Source: Pseudomonadota bacterium (GTDB lineage: Bacteria > Pseudomonadota > Gammaproteobacteria > Burkholderiales > SG8-39). Taken from it: 64,000 bases of DNA. A program made the translations under genes and the position numbers. The notes beneath the pieces were generated by a model. The model saw only the letters and a list, made by a program, of their open reading frames with translations. It did not search any database and was not told the origin of the DNA. Location: the NCBI GenBank assembly GCA_021811085.1, contig JAJZPQ010000008.1:18498-82497 (forward strand), given 5' to 3'. This document shows positions 1-12,696 of this stretch, piece after piece; within the stretch, counting starts at the first letter, position 1, and each line of letters starts with the position of its first letter.

Positions 1-284
1 ACCTCGCGCGTGATGGCCCAGGCGTCGTCCTCGGTCAGGGTCTGGGCGGAGCTGCCGCCCAGGCGCACTCCGCCCGAGGTGGTCGAACCGGGGATCACGA
101 TCATGAGATTGGAGCCCAGACTCTTGATCTGTTCCTCGACGCGCGCCTGCGCGCCGCCGCCGACCGCGATCATGGTGATCACCGCGCCGACGCCGATGAT
201 GATGCCGAGCATGGTGAGGATCGAGCGCAGCTTGTTTACTTTCAACGCGCGCAGGGCGATGCGCAGTGTGGCGAGCAGATCCAT
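1..284 (-). CDS. ABC transporter permease, MacB/FtsX type (N-terminal fragment; gene continues past window start)
   Basis: Not in the ORF track because it is open at the edge. Reverse translation from ATG 284-282 gives MDLLATLRIALRALKVNKLRSILTMLGIIIGVGAVITMIAVGGGAQARVEEQIKSLGSNLMIV..., the typical N-terminal TM helix and start of the periplasmic domain of MacB-type permeases. It begins 3 nt after the stop of the ATPase gene. Confidence 0.75.
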   Translation of the reverse strand, partial: MDLLATLRIALRALKVNKLRSILTMLGIIIGVGAVITMIAVGGGAQARVEEQIKSLGSNLMIVIPGSTTSGGVRLGGSSAQTLTEDDAWAITRE

Positions 285-287
285 GGT

Positions 288-1034
<747 letters not shown>

Positions 1035-1049
1035 GCTCGCCCTTTTCGT

Positions 1050-2609
1050 TCAGAACGGCAAACGCGGTCCGCTGGGCTGCGCGCCGCTGCCGGCCTGCGC
1101 CGCGCCTATGATGACCGGATCGCCTTCTTTGAGTTCGCCGCCCACCAGTTCGGTCATGCTGCCGTCGGAGAGCCCGGTGCGCACGCTGATGGCCTTGGCT
1201 TGGCCGCCGGCGTCGGGCACGAACACGCGTCCGCGTGCAGCGGTCGTGCCAGCGGGGCGGCTTGCGCCTTCGGCGACGATCTCCTCGTATTTCCGCTTCT
1301 GTTCCGGTTTGAGCATTTCGGTGATCCGGGCGCGCATTTCGCTGCGCGTGCGTTCGCCCGCTTTGGCGCGATCGGCTTCCGGCAGTTCGCGCAGCGCGGC
1401 CAGTTTCGGCAGCGACTCGGCGAGTATGGTATCGAGCTGCGCCTGCTGCTGCGCGTCCAGATTCAGCGCGCCGACCAGACGCGTGCGCAGCTGCTGTCCC
1501 GCCTCGGCGCCGGCCGCGGGGGGCGCGGCAGTTGCGCCGGCGGCGGCCGGCGTGCTGCTGTCGCTGAAACCGGCCGGGCGAAAACGCAGCGCCGCATTGG
1601 GCAGCTTGAGCACGCTGGCGCGCTGATCGGTGGTAATGCGCACGTTCGCCGTCATTCCCGGCAGCAGCTGCAGATCGGGGTTCGCCGCCGAGATCACCAC
1701 GGTATAGGTGACCACGTTCTGCACCACCAGGGCCGCCTTGCGCACCTGCATCACCTTGCCGCTGAACGTGCGCACGGGAAAGGAATCGACGGTGAACGTC
1801 GCGTCCTGGTCGACCTTGACGCGGCCCACGTCGGCCTCGTCGATCGAGGCCTCGACCTGCATCTCGCGCAGATTCTGCGCGATCTGGAACAGCTCGGGCG
1901 CCTGCAGACTTGCGGCCACGGTCTGGCCCGCATCCACGCTGCGCTTGATCACCACGCCGTCGACCGGCGCGCGGATGATGGTGCGGTCCAGATCGACCTT
2001 GGCTTGCGCGAGCTGCGATTCGCGCTGTTTGACCACCGCTTCGGCGTTCTTCGCCTGCGCTTCGGCTACGGCGAGTTGCGCGCGCGCGGTCTTGACCTGC
2101 TCCTGCGCGGCGTTGTACACGGCCTGCGTCTTGTCGCGGTCGGCCACGGCGATGAAACCCTTCTCGACCAGCATTTGCTTGCGCTCATAGTCGCGCTTGG
2201 CATCGGCGAGGTTGACTTCGTTGCGCGAGACCTCGGCGCGCTGCGCGCCTACGCCTGCCATCTGCGTGAGCACGGTCGCCTTGGTCGCTTCGAGGTCGGC
2301 CATCGCCTGTCGCACCCGGAGTTCGAACGACTCCGGGTCGATGCGCGCGATCACCTGATCTTTCTTCACCGGCGAGTTGAAGTCGACGTACAGTTCCTTG
2401 ATCTGCCCCGAAACCTGCGAGCCCACCAGCACCGACACCACCGGATTGAGGGTGCCCGTGGCGGACACCGCCGCCGCGATCGGGCCCCGCTCCACTTTGG
2501 CCAGACGGTATGCGGGCTGTTCGCCCTGGTCGGAGAGATATCGGTAGACGCCGAAAGCGGCGCTCGCCAGGATCGTGCCGGCGATGATCAGCAGCGGGGT
2601 TTTTTTCAT
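1050..2609 (-). CDS. HlyD/MacA-family periplasmic adaptor of the ABC efflux system
   Basis: ORF 1050-2804; the likely start is ATG 2609 (MKKTPLLIIAGTILASAAFGVY signal anchor). It has a lipoyl/barrel-sandwich segment (VGSQVSGQIKELYVDFNSPVKKDQVIARIDP) and a long coiled-coil. An Ala/Gln/charged insertion of about 115 aa precedes the C-terminal domain. Confidence 0.8.
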   Translation of the reverse strand: MKKTPLLIIAGTILASAAFGVYRYLSDQGEQPAYRLAKVERGPIAAAVSATGTLNPVVSVLVGSQVSGQIKELYVDFNSPVKKDQVIARIDPESFELRVRQAMADLEATKATVLTQMAGVGAQRAEVSRNEVNLADAKRDYERKQMLVEKGFIAVADRDKTQAVYNAAQEQVKTARAQLAVAEAQAKNAEAVVKQRESQLAQAKVDLDRTIIRAPVDGVVIKRSVDAGQTVAASLQAPELFQIAQNLREMQVEASIDEADVGRVKVDQDATFTVDSFPVRTFSGKVMQVRKAALVVQNVVTYTVVISAANPDLQLLPGMTANVRITTDQRASVLKLPNAALRFRPAGFSDSSTPAAAGATAAPPAAGAEAGQQLRTRLVGALNLDAQQQAQLDTILAESLPKLAALRELPEADRAKAGERTRSEMRARITEMLKPEQKRKYEEIVAEGASRPAGTTAARGRVFVPDAGGQAKAISVRTGLSDGSMTELVGGELKEGDPVIIGAAQAGSGAQPSGPRLPF

Positions 2610-2932
2610 CGCTTCAACCAAGACTGCTGCCGCAGGCGCCGGACACGCACGCCGGTCTGGCGACGGCGCGTTTGCGAGCCGCGCAGCCGCGCGCGCAGCG
2701 TTAAAATCAATGCGCCGAGTATAGCAGCGCGGTTCAGGGCGCATCTGACAATTGTCAAGGCGGCGCGCTGCTTGAGATTGTCGCGGCAGCCTCGGTTGCA
2801 ACAAATCGTAACAATTGATATTTGCCGTGCAAGCCGGCTGAAGTTATAAGACGGATTGAACACAGAACACGCATCTGTAGTGCCCAGGTTTCCTTCATAC
2901 TGAAGTGATCTCCCAGGATCGCACGCCCCACC

Positions 2933-4429
2933 ATGACGACACCAGCACAGGATTCAGCAGCCGGCGCTTCCCCAACCACAGCGCAATCCGCGCAGCGCGC
3001 ACCGCGCCGCAGCCGAATTTGGCTCGCCGTTGTGTGCGTGCTGCTCGCCGGCGCAGCGGGCTACTGGTACGGCTTCCTGCGGCCGGCGGCGACCGGTAAC
3101 GGCGCAACGCATCCTGGCCGCGGCGGCGGGCCCAACGCAGCCGGCCGCAGCACGCCGGTGGCGACCGCGTCGGCGCGCAAGGGCGACGTGGACGTATACG
3201 TCAGCGGCCTCGGTTCGGTGGTGCCGGTCGCCACGGTCACGGTCAGAAGCCGCATCGACGGTCAGCTGATGCAAGTGCTGTTCCGCGAAGGGCAGACGGT
3301 GCGCGCGGGCGACGTGCTCGCCGAAATCGACCCGCGCCCGTACCGGGTGCAGCTGGCGCAGGCCGAGGGCCAGATGGCCAAAGACCAGGCGTTGCTGCAG
3401 AACGCGCGCATGGATCTGGAGCGCTATCGCGTCCTGCTCGAGCAGGATTCCATCGCCAGACAGCTGCTGGACACGCAGCAATCCCTGGTGCGCCAGTATG
3501 AGGGCAGCGTCCGTGTGGACCAGGCGCAGATCGACAATGCCCGGCTGCAGTTGACCTATTGCCGCATTACCGCGCCGGTCGGCGGACGCCTGGGGCTGCG
3601 CCAGGTCGACACCGGCAACATGGTGCACGCGAGCGATGCGGCGGGTCTGGTCGTGATCACCCAGCTGCAGCCGATCACCGTGGTATTCACGATTCCCGAA
3701 GACAGCCTGCCGCCGGTGATGCAGAAACTGCGTGCCGCAGACCGGCTTGCGGTCGACGCCTACGATCGCGCGGACCAGCGCAAGCTTGCCAGCGGTACTT
3801 TGCTCACGGTGGACAATCAGATCGATCCGGCAACCGGCACGGTCAAGCTCAAGGCTCAGTTCGCCAACCGCGAACTGAGCCTGTTCCCGAATCAGTTCGC
3901 CAATGTGCGCATGCTGCTCGAGGTGAAGCGCGGCGCGACCCTGGTGCCGGGCGCCGCCGTCCAGCGCGGCACGCCGGGCACGTTCGTCTACCTGGTCAGG
4001 CCCGACAACACGGTCACGGTGCGCACAGTCAAGCTGGGACCGGCCCAGGGCGACGACGTCGCGATCGAAGCGGGTCTGGCGCCGGGCGAGCAGGTCGTGG
4101 TCGACGGCGCGGACAAGCTGCGCGAAGGTGCGAAGATCGAGCCGGTGGGCAAGGACACGGCGCCGGGCGCTGCCGGCGCGCGCAAAGGCGGCGCGAACGT
4201 GGAATACAAGGGCAGCCCCGCCAGCGCGAGTGCTGCTGCGCCCGCGGCGAAGGCGGCGCCTCCGGACGAAGAAAAGCGCAAGCGCTGGGCCGAGATCAAC
4301 GCGCGCATCGACCGCGGCGAGTTTGGCGAGGAAATGAAGAAGCTTCCACCGGAGGAGCGCATGCGGCGCATGGCCGAACTGCGCCGTCAGCGCGAAGCGG
4401 GCAACTCCGGCAGCCAGTCAGCGCGGTGA
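2933..4429 (+). CDS. mdtA: RND efflux membrane-fusion protein (MdtA-like)
   Basis: 498 aa with an adaptor core ([34 protein letters not shown]..., [20 protein letters not shown]). It directly precedes two tandem RND pumps, as in mdtABC. Its stop overlaps the next start (GTGA). It carries an unusual charged/low-complexity C-terminal tail of about 100 aa. Confidence 0.8.
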   Translation: MTTPAQDSAAGASPTTAQSAQRAPRRSRIWLAVVCVLLAGAAGYWYGFLRPAATGNGATHPGRGGGPNAAGRSTPVATASARKGDVDVYVSGLGSVVPVATVTVRSRIDGQLMQVLFREGQTVRAGDVLAEIDPRPYRVQLAQAEGQMAKDQALLQNARMDLERYRVLLEQDSIARQLLDTQQSLVRQYEGSVRVDQAQIDNARLQLTYCRITAPVGGRLGLRQVDTGNMVHASDAAGLVVITQLQPITVVFTIPEDSLPPVMQKLRAADRLAVDAYDRADQRKLASGTLLTVDNQIDPATGTVKLKAQFANRELSLFPNQFANVRMLLEVKRGATLVPGAAVQRGTPGTFVYLVRPDNTVTVRTVKLGPAQGDDVAIEAGLAPGEQVVVDGADKLREGAKIEPVGKDTAPGAAGARKGGANVEYKGSPASASAAAPAAKAAPPDEEKRKRWAEINARIDRGEFGEEMKKLPPEERMRRMAELRRQREAGNSGSQSAR

Positions 4430-7400
4430 ACCCGTCGCGCATCTTCATCCTGCGCCCGGTGGCGACATCGCTGCTGATGCTCGCCATTCTGCTGGTGGGC
4501 ATCGTCGCCTACCGCCTGCTGCCGCTGTCGGCGCTGCCCGAGGTCGATTACCCGACGATCCAGGTGGTGACGCTGTATCCGGGGGCCAGCCCCGACGTGA
4601 TGACCTCGTCCGTCACCGCGCCGCTGGAGCGTCAGTTCGGCCAGATGCCGGGCCTGAACCAGATGTCCTCGACCAGTTCCGGCGGCGCGTCCGTGATCAC
4701 GCTGCAATTCAGCCTGGATCTGTCGCTGGACGTGGCCGAGCAGGAGGTGCAGGCGGCGATCAATGCGTCGGGCAATCTGCTGCCGACCGACCTGCCGGTG
4801 CCGCCGATATACAACAAGGTGAACCCGGCCGACACGCCGATCCTGACGCTGGCGGTGATGTCGAAGACGCTGCCGCTGCCGAGGGTGCAGAACCTGGTCG
4901 ACACGCGCATCGCGCAGAAAATCTCGCAGCTGCCGGGCGTGGGCCTGGTGAGCCTGTCGGGCGGCCAGCGGCCGGCGGTGCGCATCCAGGCAAATCCCCG
5001 GGCGCTCGCGGCCTATGGCCTCGGCCTGGACGACCTGCGCCTCGCGATCGCCAATGCCAACGTGAACCAGGCCAAGGGCAGCTTCGACGGCCCGGCGCGC
5101 GCTTCCACCATCGATGCCAACGACCAGCTCAAGACGGCCGACGAGTACCGCAATCTCATCATCAGCTACAAGAACGGCCGGCCGCTGCGGCTGTCCGATG
5201 TCGCCGCTACCACGGACGGCGCCGAGAACGTGCACCTGGGCGCCTGGGCCAACGAGACGGCGGCGGTGCTGGTCAACATCCAGCGCCAGCCCGGCGCGAA
5301 CGTGATCGAGGTAGTCGACCGGGTGAAGCAGTTGCTGCCGCAGTTGCAGGCGACGCTGCCGGGCTCAGTGGACGTGCACCTGCTCACCGACCGCACCACC
5401 ACTATCCGCGCCTCGGTCAGGGACGTGAAGTTCGAGCTGGTGCTGGCGGTGGTGCTGGTGGTGTTGGTGATTTTCCTGTTTCTGCGCAACCTGTCTGCGA
5501 CGATCATCCCGAGCGTTGCGGTGCCGCTGTCCCTGGTCGGCACGTTCGGCGTGATGTATCTCGCCGGATTCAGCATCAACAACCTGACGTTGATGGCGCT
5601 CACCATCGCCACCGGCTTCGTCGTCGACGACGCCATCGTCATGATCGAGAACGTCTCGCGCTATATCGAGGAGGGCGAGACACCACTGCAGGCGGCGCTC
5701 AAAGGCTCGGCGCAAATCGGCTTCACCATCATCTCGCTCACGTTTTCGCTGATCGCGGTGCTGATTCCGCTGCTGTTCATGGGCGATGTGGTGGGGCGGC
5801 TGTTCCGCGAATTCGCGATCACGCTCGCGGTGGCGATCCTGATCTCGGCGGTGGTCTCGCTCACGCTCACGCCGATGATGTGCGCGAAGTTGCTCAAGCA
5901 CACGCCCGAAGCGGAACAGGGCTGGTTCTACCGCGCGAGCGGGCGGCTGCTCGAGCGCGTGATCGCGCGCTACGCGCGCATGCTCGACTGGGTGCTGGAG
6001 CGCCAGCGCGCGACGCTCCTGGTCGCGCTGGGCACGCTCGCGCTCACCGTGCTGCTGTACGTGTTCGTGCCCAAGGGCTTTTTCCCGGTGCAGGACACCG
6101 GCGTGATCCAGGGCATATCCGAGGCGCCGCAATCGATCTCCTTTGCCGCCATGGCCGAGCGCCAGCAGGCCCTGGCGCGCGTGGTGCTGCAGGACCCGGC
6201 GGTGGAGAGCTTGTCCTCGTTCATCGGCGTCGACGGCGTCAATACCACGCTCAACAGCGGGCGCGTGCAGATCAACCTGAAACCGCTGGCACAGCGCGAT
6301 GCGAGCGCGCTGGAGGTGATCCGCCGGCTGCAGCCCCGGCTCGCGCGCGTCGAAGGCATATCGCTCTATATGCAGCCGGTGCAGGACCTGACCATCGAAG
6401 ACCGCGTCAGCCGCACGCAGTACCAGTTCAGCGTCGAGGACGCGGACCCGGAGGAACTCTCCGCCTGGGTGCCGCAGCTGGTCGAGCGCCTGCGCGCGCT
6501 GCCGCAGCTCGCGGACGTCGCCAGCGACCTGCAGGACCGCGGCCTGCAGGCTTATGTGGACATCGACCGCGCCACCGCCGGCCGGCTCGGAGTCACGCCC
6601 GGGGCGATCGACAATGCGCTCTACAACGCGTTCGGCCAGCGCCTGATCTCCACCATCTACACCCAGACCAGCCAGTGCCGCGTGGTGCTCGAGGTGAAGC
6701 CCGAGTTCAAGCTGGGCCCGGCCGCGCTGGAAAACATCTACGTCAGTTCGTCCGGCGGCGATCAGGTGCGCCTGTCGGCGATCGCGCAGGTGTCGGAGAA
6801 GACCGCGCCGCTCCTGGTCAACCATCTGGGCCAGTTCCCGGCCGCGACGGTGTCGTTCAACCTCGCCTCGGGCTATGCGCTCGGCGACGCGGTCGACGCG
6901 ATCCGCGCGACGCAGCGCGCGATCGGCCTGCCGGCGAGCATGCAGACGCGCTTCCAGGGCGCCGCGCTCGCGTTCCAGGCTTCGCTCGACAACACACTGC
7001 TCTTGATCCTCGCGGCGATCGTGACCATGTACATCGTGCTCGGCGTGCTCTACGAGAGCTACATCCACCCGGTGACGATATTGTCGACGCTGCCCTCGGC
7101 CGGGGTCGGCGCGCTGCTCGCGCTGCTGCTCGCGGGCAAGGATATCGACATCATCGCGATCATCGGCATCATCCTGCTGATCGGCATCGTCAAGAAGAAC
7201 GCGATCATGATGATCGACTTCGCGCTCGCGGCCGAACGCGACGAGGGCAAGAGCCCGCGCGAGGCGATCCGCCAGGCCTGCCTGCTGCGTTTCCGGCCCA
7301 TCTTGATGACCACCATGGCGGCGCTGCTTGCCGCGCTGCCGCTGATGCTCGGCAGCGGCGTCGGCTCCGAGCTGCGCCATCCGCTGGGCATCACCATGGT

Positions 7401-7524
7401 GGGCGGGCTGCTGGTGTCGCAGGTGCTGACGCTGTTCACCACGCCGGTGATCTACCTTGCGTTCGACCGCCTCGCGCGGCGCGTGCGCGGCAGCGGCGAC
7501 CCGCGTGCAGAGGCCGAGGCATGA
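4426..7524 (+). CDS. mdtB: RND multidrug efflux pump subunit (MdtB-like)
   Basis: In-frame GTG at 4426 within ORF 3559-7524 gives (M)[46 protein letters not shown], a canonical AcrB-family N-terminus. About 1032 aa with 12-TM architecture. Confidence 0.88.
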   Translation: MNPSRIFILRPVATSLLMLAILLVGIVAYRLLPLSALPEVDYPTIQVVTLYPGASPDVMTSSVTAPLERQFGQMPGLNQMSSTSSGGASVITLQFSLDLSLDVAEQEVQAAINASGNLLPTDLPVPPIYNKVNPADTPILTLAVMSKTLPLPRVQNLVDTRIAQKISQLPGVGLVSLSGGQRPAVRIQANPRALAAYGLGLDDLRLAIANANVNQAKGSFDGPARASTIDANDQLKTADEYRNLIISYKNGRPLRLSDVAATTDGAENVHLGAWANETAAVLVNIQRQPGANVIEVVDRVKQLLPQLQATLPGSVDVHLLTDRTTTIRASVRDVKFELVLAVVLVVLVIFLFLRNLSATIIPSVAVPLSLVGTFGVMYLAGFSINNLTLMALTIATGFVVDDAIVMIENVSRYIEEGETPLQAALKGSAQIGFTIISLTFSLIAVLIPLLFMGDVVGRLFREFAITLAVAILISAVVSLTLTPMMCAKLLKHTPEAEQGWFYRASGRLLERVIARYARMLDWVLERQRATLLVALGTLALTVLLYVFVPKGFFPVQDTGVIQGISEAPQSISFAAMAERQQALARVVLQDPAVESLSSFIGVDGVNTTLNSGRVQINLKPLAQRDASALEVIRRLQPRLARVEGISLYMQPVQDLTIEDRVSRTQYQFSVEDADPEELSAWVPQLVERLRALPQLADVASDLQDRGLQAYVDIDRATAGRLGVTPGAIDNALYNAFGQRLISTIYTQTSQCRVVLEVKPEFKLGPAALENIYVSSSGGDQVRLSAIAQVSEKTAPLLVNHLGQFPAATVSFNLASGYALGDAVDAIRATQRAIGLPASMQTRFQGAALAFQASLDNTLLLILAAIVTMYIVLGVLYESYIHPVTILSTLPSAGVGALLALLLAGKDIDIIAIIGIILLIGIVKKNAIMMIDFALAAERDEGKSPREAIRQACLLRFRPILMTTMAALLAALPLMLGSGVGSELRHPLGITMVGGLLVSQVLTLFTTPVIYLAFDRLARRVRGSGDPRAEAEA

Positions 7525-10500
7525 ACTTCAGCGCGCCCTTCATCCAACGGCCGGTGGCGACCACGCTGCTCACGCTGGGCATCGCGCTCGCCGGCGCGCT
7601 CGCGTTCCGCCTGCTGCCGGTATCGCCGCTGCCGCAGGTGGATTTCCCGACGATAGCGGTGCAGGCGGGCCTGCCCGGCGCGAGTCCGGAAACCATGGCG
7701 GCGACGGTGGCGACGCCGCTGGAGCGCGCGCTCGGGCGCATTGCCGGCATCACCGAGATTACGTCCTCGAGCGCGCTCGGCACCACGCGCATCATCCTGC
7801 AGTTCGACCTCAATCGCGACATCGACGGCGCGGCGCGCGACGTGCAGGCCGCGATCAACGCCGCGAGGAGCCTCCTGCCCACGGGCCTGCCGAGCAACCC
7901 GACCTACCGCAAGGTGAATCCAGCCGATGCGCCGGTGCTGATCCTCGCGCTCACCTCAAAGACCATGGACCGCGGCCAGATGTACGACGCGGCATCGACC
8001 ATACTCGCGCAGAAGCTGTCGCAGGTAAAAGGCGTGGGGCAGGTGAGCGTGGGCGGCAGCTCGCTGCCGGCGGTGCGCGTGGAGCTGAATCCGGCCGCGC
8101 TCAACAAGTACGGCATCGGCCTGGAGGAAGTGCGCGCCGCGATCGTTGCGACCAACGCGAACCGGCCCGAGGGCGCGGTGGAGGACGGCGCGCGCCACTG
8201 GCAGATCCTCGCCAACGACCAGGCGAAAAAGGCCGCGGACTACCTGCCGCTCGTCGTGTCGTACCGCAAGGGCGCGGCGGTGCGCCTGTCGGATCTGGGC
8301 GAGGTGGTCGACTCGGTGCAAGACTTGAGGAACGACGGCTCGTCCAACGGCAAACCCGCGGTCCTGCTGATCGTCAACCGCGCGCCCGGGGCGAACATCA
8401 TCGACACCGTCGACCGGGTAAAGGCGGAGCTGCCCGCGCTCGCCGCCTCGATTCCGAGCGCGATCGATCTCGCGGTGGTGCTGGACCGCACGCCTACGAT
8501 CCGCGCTTCGCTGCGGGACGCCGGTCGCTCGCTCATGGTCTCGATCGCGCTGGTGATCATGGTGGTATTCGCGTTCCTGCGCAACTGGCGCGCGACGCTG
8601 ATCCCGAGCGTGGCGGTGCCGGTGTCGCTGGTCGGCACGTTCGGCGTCATGTACCTCTTCGGCTACAGCCTGGACAACCTGTCGCTGATGGCGCTTACCA
8701 TCGCCACCGGCTTCGTCGTCGACGATGCCATCGTGGTGCTGGAGAACATTTCGCGCCGCATCGAGGAAGGCGTGGCGCCGATGCAAGCCGCGTTGCAGGG
8801 CAGCCGCGAAGTGGGTTTTACCGTGCTGTCGATGAGCCTGTCGCTGATTGCGGTGTTCATCCCGATCCTGCTCATGGGGGGCATCGTCGGGCGCCTGTTC
8901 CGCGAGTTCGCGGTGGTGCTGTCGGTGGCAATCCTGATTTCGCTCGTGGTTTCGCTCAGCGCGACGCCGATGATGTGCGCGCGGCTGCTGCGGCCAGAGG
9001 CCGCGCGCGCGCACGGACGCCTGTATCGCGCGAGCGAGCGCGCTTTTGACTCCTTGCTCGGCTGGTATGAAGCGTCGCTCGCCTGGGTGCTCAGGCACGG
9101 ACTGCTGACGCTGGCAGTGCTCGCCGCGACCATCTGCCTTAACGTTTACCTCTATATCGTCGTGCCCAAGGGCTTCTTTCCGCAGCAGGACACCGGCCGG
9201 CTGATCGGCATCATCCAGGCCGATCAGAGCATCTCGTTCCAGGCGATGCGGCGCAAGGTGGCCGATTTCGCCCAGATCGTGCGCCAGGACCCGGACGTGC
9301 AGAACGTGGTCGCATTTACCGGCGGCTCGCAGCGCAACCGGGGTTTCATGTTCGCGGTGTTGAAGCCGCTGGGTGAGCGCAAGCTCGCCGTCGACCAGGT
9401 GATCGCGCGCCTGCGCGTCAAGCTTGCGCGTGAACCCGGCGCGGCGCTGTTCCTGGTGCCGGTGCAGGACATCCGCGTCGGCGGGCGCCAGGCCAACGCG
9501 CAATACCAGTTCACGCTGCAGGCGGACGATCTGGAGGAACTGCGCACTTGGGAGCCGCGCGTGCGCCGCGCGCTCGCCGATCTGCCCCAGCTCGTCGACG
9601 TGAACACCGACCAGGAGGACAAGGGCCTGCAGACCTCGCTCGTGATCGACCGCGACACCGCGGCCAGGCTCGGCGTCACGCCGCGCGTGATCGACGCGAC
9701 CCTGAACGACGCCTTCGGCCAGCGCCAGGTGTCGACGATCTACAATCCGCTCAACCAATACCGGGTGGTGATGGAGGCGGCGCCGCGATTCTGGCAGAGC
9801 CCGGATACGCTGGACCAGGTATACGTGAGCGCGGCCGGCGGCGCGCAGGTGCCGCTGTCGGCGTTCAGCCGCTACAGCGCGACCAATACGCCGCTGGGCG
9901 TAAATCACCAGAGCCAGTTCGCCGCTTCGACCATCTCGTTCAATCTGCCGCCGGGCCTGTCGCTGTCGGACGCGACGCGCGCGGTCGCTGATGCGCTCGA
10001 CCGGATCGGCGTGCCGACCAGCGTGCACGGCAGCTTCCAGGGTACGGCGCGCGCGTTCCAGGCATCGCTCGACAGCCAGCCGCTGCTGATCCTCACCGCG
10101 CTGCTCGCGGTGTACATCGTGCTCGGCATGCTCTACGAGAGTTTCGTGCATCCGATCACCATCCTGTCGACGCTGCCTTCGGCCGGTGTCGGCGCGCTGC
10201 TGGCGCTGCTCGCGTTCCGCACCGAATTCAATATCATCGCGCTGATCGGCGTGATCCTGCTGATCGGCATCGTCAAGAAAAACGCGATCATGATGATCGA
10301 CTTCGCGCTCGAGGCCGAGCGCAGCCAGGGTCTGCCGCCGGAAAAAGCGATCTTCGCCGCCTGCCTGCTGCGCTTTCGCCCGATCATGATGACCACCATG
10401 GCGGCGCTGTTCGGCGCCATCCCGCTCGCGCTCGGATTGGGCGAGGGGGCGGAACTGCGCCGGCCGCTGGGCATCGCGATCGTCGGCGGCCTGGTGTTCA

Positions 10501-10634
10501 GCCAGTTGCTCACGCTGTATACGACGCCGGTGGTCTATCTCTACCTCGACCGCTTCCGGCTGTGGTGCCGGCGCGCCTGGGCGACGCGCGGCGGCCGGCC
10601 GATCGCGATCGCGCCGGCGCCGGCAGACCGATGA
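7521..10634 (+). CDS. mdtC: RND multidrug efflux pump subunit (MdtC-like)
   Basis: ATG 7521 overlaps the mdtB stop (ATGA). N-terminus [47 protein letters not shown]; about 1037 aa. It is the second tandem RND pump, typical of mdtABC. Confidence 0.88.
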   Translation: MNFSAPFIQRPVATTLLTLGIALAGALAFRLLPVSPLPQVDFPTIAVQAGLPGASPETMAATVATPLERALGRIAGITEITSSSALGTTRIILQFDLNRDIDGAARDVQAAINAARSLLPTGLPSNPTYRKVNPADAPVLILALTSKTMDRGQMYDAASTILAQKLSQVKGVGQVSVGGSSLPAVRVELNPAALNKYGIGLEEVRAAIVATNANRPEGAVEDGARHWQILANDQAKKAADYLPLVVSYRKGAAVRLSDLGEVVDSVQDLRNDGSSNGKPAVLLIVNRAPGANIIDTVDRVKAELPALAASIPSAIDLAVVLDRTPTIRASLRDAGRSLMVSIALVIMVVFAFLRNWRATLIPSVAVPVSLVGTFGVMYLFGYSLDNLSLMALTIATGFVVDDAIVVLENISRRIEEGVAPMQAALQGSREVGFTVLSMSLSLIAVFIPILLMGGIVGRLFREFAVVLSVAILISLVVSLSATPMMCARLLRPEAARAHGRLYRASERAFDSLLGWYEASLAWVLRHGLLTLAVLAATICLNVYLYIVVPKGFFPQQDTGRLIGIIQADQSISFQAMRRKVADFAQIVRQDPDVQNVVAFTGGSQRNRGFMFAVLKPLGERKLAVDQVIARLRVKLAREPGAALFLVPVQDIRVGGRQANAQYQFTLQADDLEELRTWEPRVRRALADLPQLVDVNTDQEDKGLQTSLVIDRDTAARLGVTPRVIDATLNDAFGQRQVSTIYNPLNQYRVVMEAAPRFWQSPDTLDQVYVSAAGGAQVPLSAFSRYSATNTPLGVNHQSQFAASTISFNLPPGLSLSDATRAVADALDRIGVPTSVHGSFQGTARAFQASLDSQPLLILTALLAVYIVLGMLYESFVHPITILSTLPSAGVGALLALLAFRTEFNIIALIGVILLIGIVKKNAIMMIDFALEAERSQGLPPEKAIFAACLLRFRPIMMTTMAALFGAIPLALGLGEGAELRRPLGIAIVGGLVFSQLLTLYTTPVVYLYLDRFRLWCRRAWATRGGRPIAIAPAPADR

Positions 10635-10668
10635 AATCGCCATGCACAAGACAGCGCGCGGAGTGCTT

Positions 10669-12192
10669 ATGAAACCGAATGCCAAGATGCTCGTGCTGCA
10701 GCTCGCGGCCGTTGTGCTCGCCGGCTGCGCTGTCGGCCCGGATTACGTGCGGCCGACGGTGGAGATGCCCGCGGCGTACAAGGAGGAGGAAAAATGGAAA
10801 CCGGCCCAGCCCAGGGATGAACTCAGCCGCGGCAAATGGTGGGAGGTGTACCAGGACCCGCTGCTCGATCGCCTGCAGCAACAGGTCGACGTATCGAATC
10901 AGAACCTGGCGAAGGCCGAAGCCCAGTTCCGCCAGGCGCTGGCGCTGGTGCAGTCGGCGCGCGCCGGCTATTACCCCAACCTGAGCGGCGGCGCATCGAG
11001 CGCGCGCTCGCGCGCCTCGGCGACGACCATCGCGCAGCCGTCGGCGACGCCGGTGTCCAGGGGCGTGGTCACCAATCACAACATCCCGTTCCAGGCGAGC
11101 TGGGCGCCCGACGTGTGGGGCAACATCAGACGCGCGGTCGAGGCGAACGAGGCCGGCGCCCAGGCCAGCGCGGGCGATGTGCAAGCCGCGCGGCTGTCGG
11201 CGCAGGCGGCGCTGGCGCAAAGCTACTTCCAGCTGCGCGTGCTGGATGCGCAGCAGCTGTTGCTGGAGGACACGGTCGCTGCATACGCAAAATCGCTGCA
11301 GCTGGTGCAGAACCAGTACGCCGCCGGCATCGTGGCCAAGACCGATCTGGCGCAGGCGCAAACCCAGATCAAGACCGCGCAGGCGCAGGCCATCGACCTG
11401 GGCGCGCAGCGCTCGCAGCTAGAGCACGCGATCGCCGTGCTCGTGGGCAAGCCGCCGGCCGAGCTTACCATTCCGCGTGAGCCGCTCAAGGCGAGCGTGC
11501 CGGCGCTGCCGCTGCAACTGCCGTCGGAATTGCTCGAGCGCCGTCCCGACATCGCCGCCGCCGAGCGGCGCATGGCGCAGGCGAACGCGCAGATCGGCGT
11601 CGCCACAGCCGCTTATTTTCCCGCGCTGACGCTGTCGGCCGCGTCCGGATACCAGAGCGCGACCATGGCCGATTGGCTGACCGCGCCCAGCCGCTACTGG
11701 TCCTTCGGCCCCGCCATCGCGCAGAGCCTGTTCGACGGCGGCCTGCGCCGGGCGCAGACGGCACAGGCGAGGGCGGCCTATGATGCGAGCGTCGCCGCCT
11801 ACCGCCAGACCGTGCTCGCCGGATTCCAGCAGGTCGAGGATAGCCTCGCCACGCTGCGCATCCTCGAACAGGAGGCCGAAGTGCAGGGCGAGGCGGTGAA
11901 GTCGGCGCAGCAGACGCTGGCGCTGACGCTCAACCAGTACAAGGCCGGCACGGTGAGCTATCTCAACGTGGTCGTGGCGCAGGCGACCGCGTTGGCGAAT
12001 CAGAGGACCGCGGTAGACCTGCTCGGTCGGCGCATGAGCGCGAGCGTACAACTGGTTACGGCGCTGGGAGGCGGCTGGAGCGCAGGCACAGGCGCAGCCG
12101 AAACGCAGCGACGCGGCTGCCGGGCTGCCACGGGCCGATGCGGGAAAGTAGCGGTGCGGCCGGGAACGGCTCAGGCCTCGGGGTTGAGGTAG
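10669..12192 (+). CDS. Efflux outer-membrane lipoprotein, NodT/OprM family
   Basis: ORF 10642-12192; the likely start is [29 protein letters not shown] (lipobox LAGC). It has the two OEP repeats. The Arg/Gly-rich C-terminal tail overlaps the convergent moaC 3' end by 22 nt. Confidence 0.82.
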   Translation: MKPNAKMLVLQLAAVVLAGCAVGPDYVRPTVEMPAAYKEEEKWKPAQPRDELSRGKWWEVYQDPLLDRLQQQVDVSNQNLAKAEAQFRQALALVQSARAGYYPNLSGGASSARSRASATTIAQPSATPVSRGVVTNHNIPFQASWAPDVWGNIRRAVEANEAGAQASAGDVQAARLSAQAALAQSYFQLRVLDAQQLLLEDTVAAYAKSLQLVQNQYAAGIVAKTDLAQAQTQIKTAQAQAIDLGAQRSQLEHAIAVLVGKPPAELTIPREPLKASVPALPLQLPSELLERRPDIAAAERRMAQANAQIGVATAAYFPALTLSAASGYQSATMADWLTAPSRYWSFGPAIAQSLFDGGLRRAQTAQARAAYDASVAAYRQTVLAGFQQVEDSLATLRILEQEAEVQGEAVKSAQQTLALTLNQYKAGTVSYLNVVVAQATALANQRTAVDLLGRRMSASVQLVTALGGGWSAGTGAAETQRRGCRAATGRCGKVAVRPGTAQASGLR

Positions 12193-12677
12193 TGCCCCGA
12201 TTTGCCGCCTTGCTTCTCCAGCAGCCGCACGGCGTCGATGCGCATGCCGCGGTCCACGGCCTTGCACATGTCGTAGATCGTGAGCAGGCCGACTGCGACC
12301 GCCGTCAGGGCCTCCATCTCGACGCCGGTGCGGCCCAGCGTTTCCACGGTGACGCTCAGCCTGATGCTGCAGTCGGCCGCGTCGGGTTCGAATTCGGCAC
12401 CCACGCGGGTCAGTGCCAACGGGTGCGCCAGCGGAATCAGGTCCGCGGTGCGTTTTGCCGCCTGAATCGCGGCTACTCGGGCGACGCCCAGCACATCGCC
12501 TTTTTTTGCCGTTCCCTCCAAGATCAGGCGCAAGGTCGCCGGCTGCATGTGTATCGCGCCGCAGGCGCGTGCGATGCGCCGCGTCTCGGCTTTGGCGCCG
12601 ACATCGACCATATGCGCCTGGCCGCGCGTGTCGAAATGCGTCAGCTTATTCGTCTTCGCCGGGGAACTTCGTTTCAT
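12171..12677 (-). CDS. moaC: Cyclic pyranopterin monophosphate synthase MoaC
   Basis: 168 aa with [23 protein letters not shown]..., [11 protein letters not shown] and [25 protein letters not shown], which are the conserved MoaC blocks. Confidence 0.92.
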   Translation of the reverse strand: MKRSSPAKTNKLTHFDTRGQAHMVDVGAKAETRRIARACGAIHMQPATLRLILEGTAKKGDVLGVARVAAIQAAKRTADLIPLAHPLALTRVGAEFEPDAADCSIRLSVTVETLGRTGVEMEALTAVAVGLLTIYDMCKAVDRGMRIDAVRLLEKQGGKSGHYLNPEA

Positions 12678-12696
12678 AGCGGAGTATCATATCATC

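Noticed and set aside
3559-4425. The N-terminal 289-aa extension of the mdtB ORF (the track shows a 1321-aa protein), and the analogous 547-aa extension of the mdtC ORF (5880-7520).
   Set aside because: The extensions overlap mdtA and mdtB out of frame and are Arg/Gly/Ala-rich. The canonical RND N-termini begin at the internal GTG 4426 and ATG 7521, each overlapping the preceding stop codon.
5365-10685. Long minus-strand ORFs (671 aa at 5365-7380; 909 aa at 7956-10685) opposite the RND pumps.
   Set aside because: They are antisense shadows. They have no recognisable motifs and an extreme Arg/His/Asp/Gln bias.
12138-12192. A possible frameshift or pseudogene signal in the Arg/Gly-rich C-terminal tail of the outer-membrane factor, which overlaps moaC convergently.
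   Set aside because: The OEP core is intact and ends near ...LVTALGGGW. The tail is probably just read-through to the first stop, and nothing in the sequence proves a frameshift.
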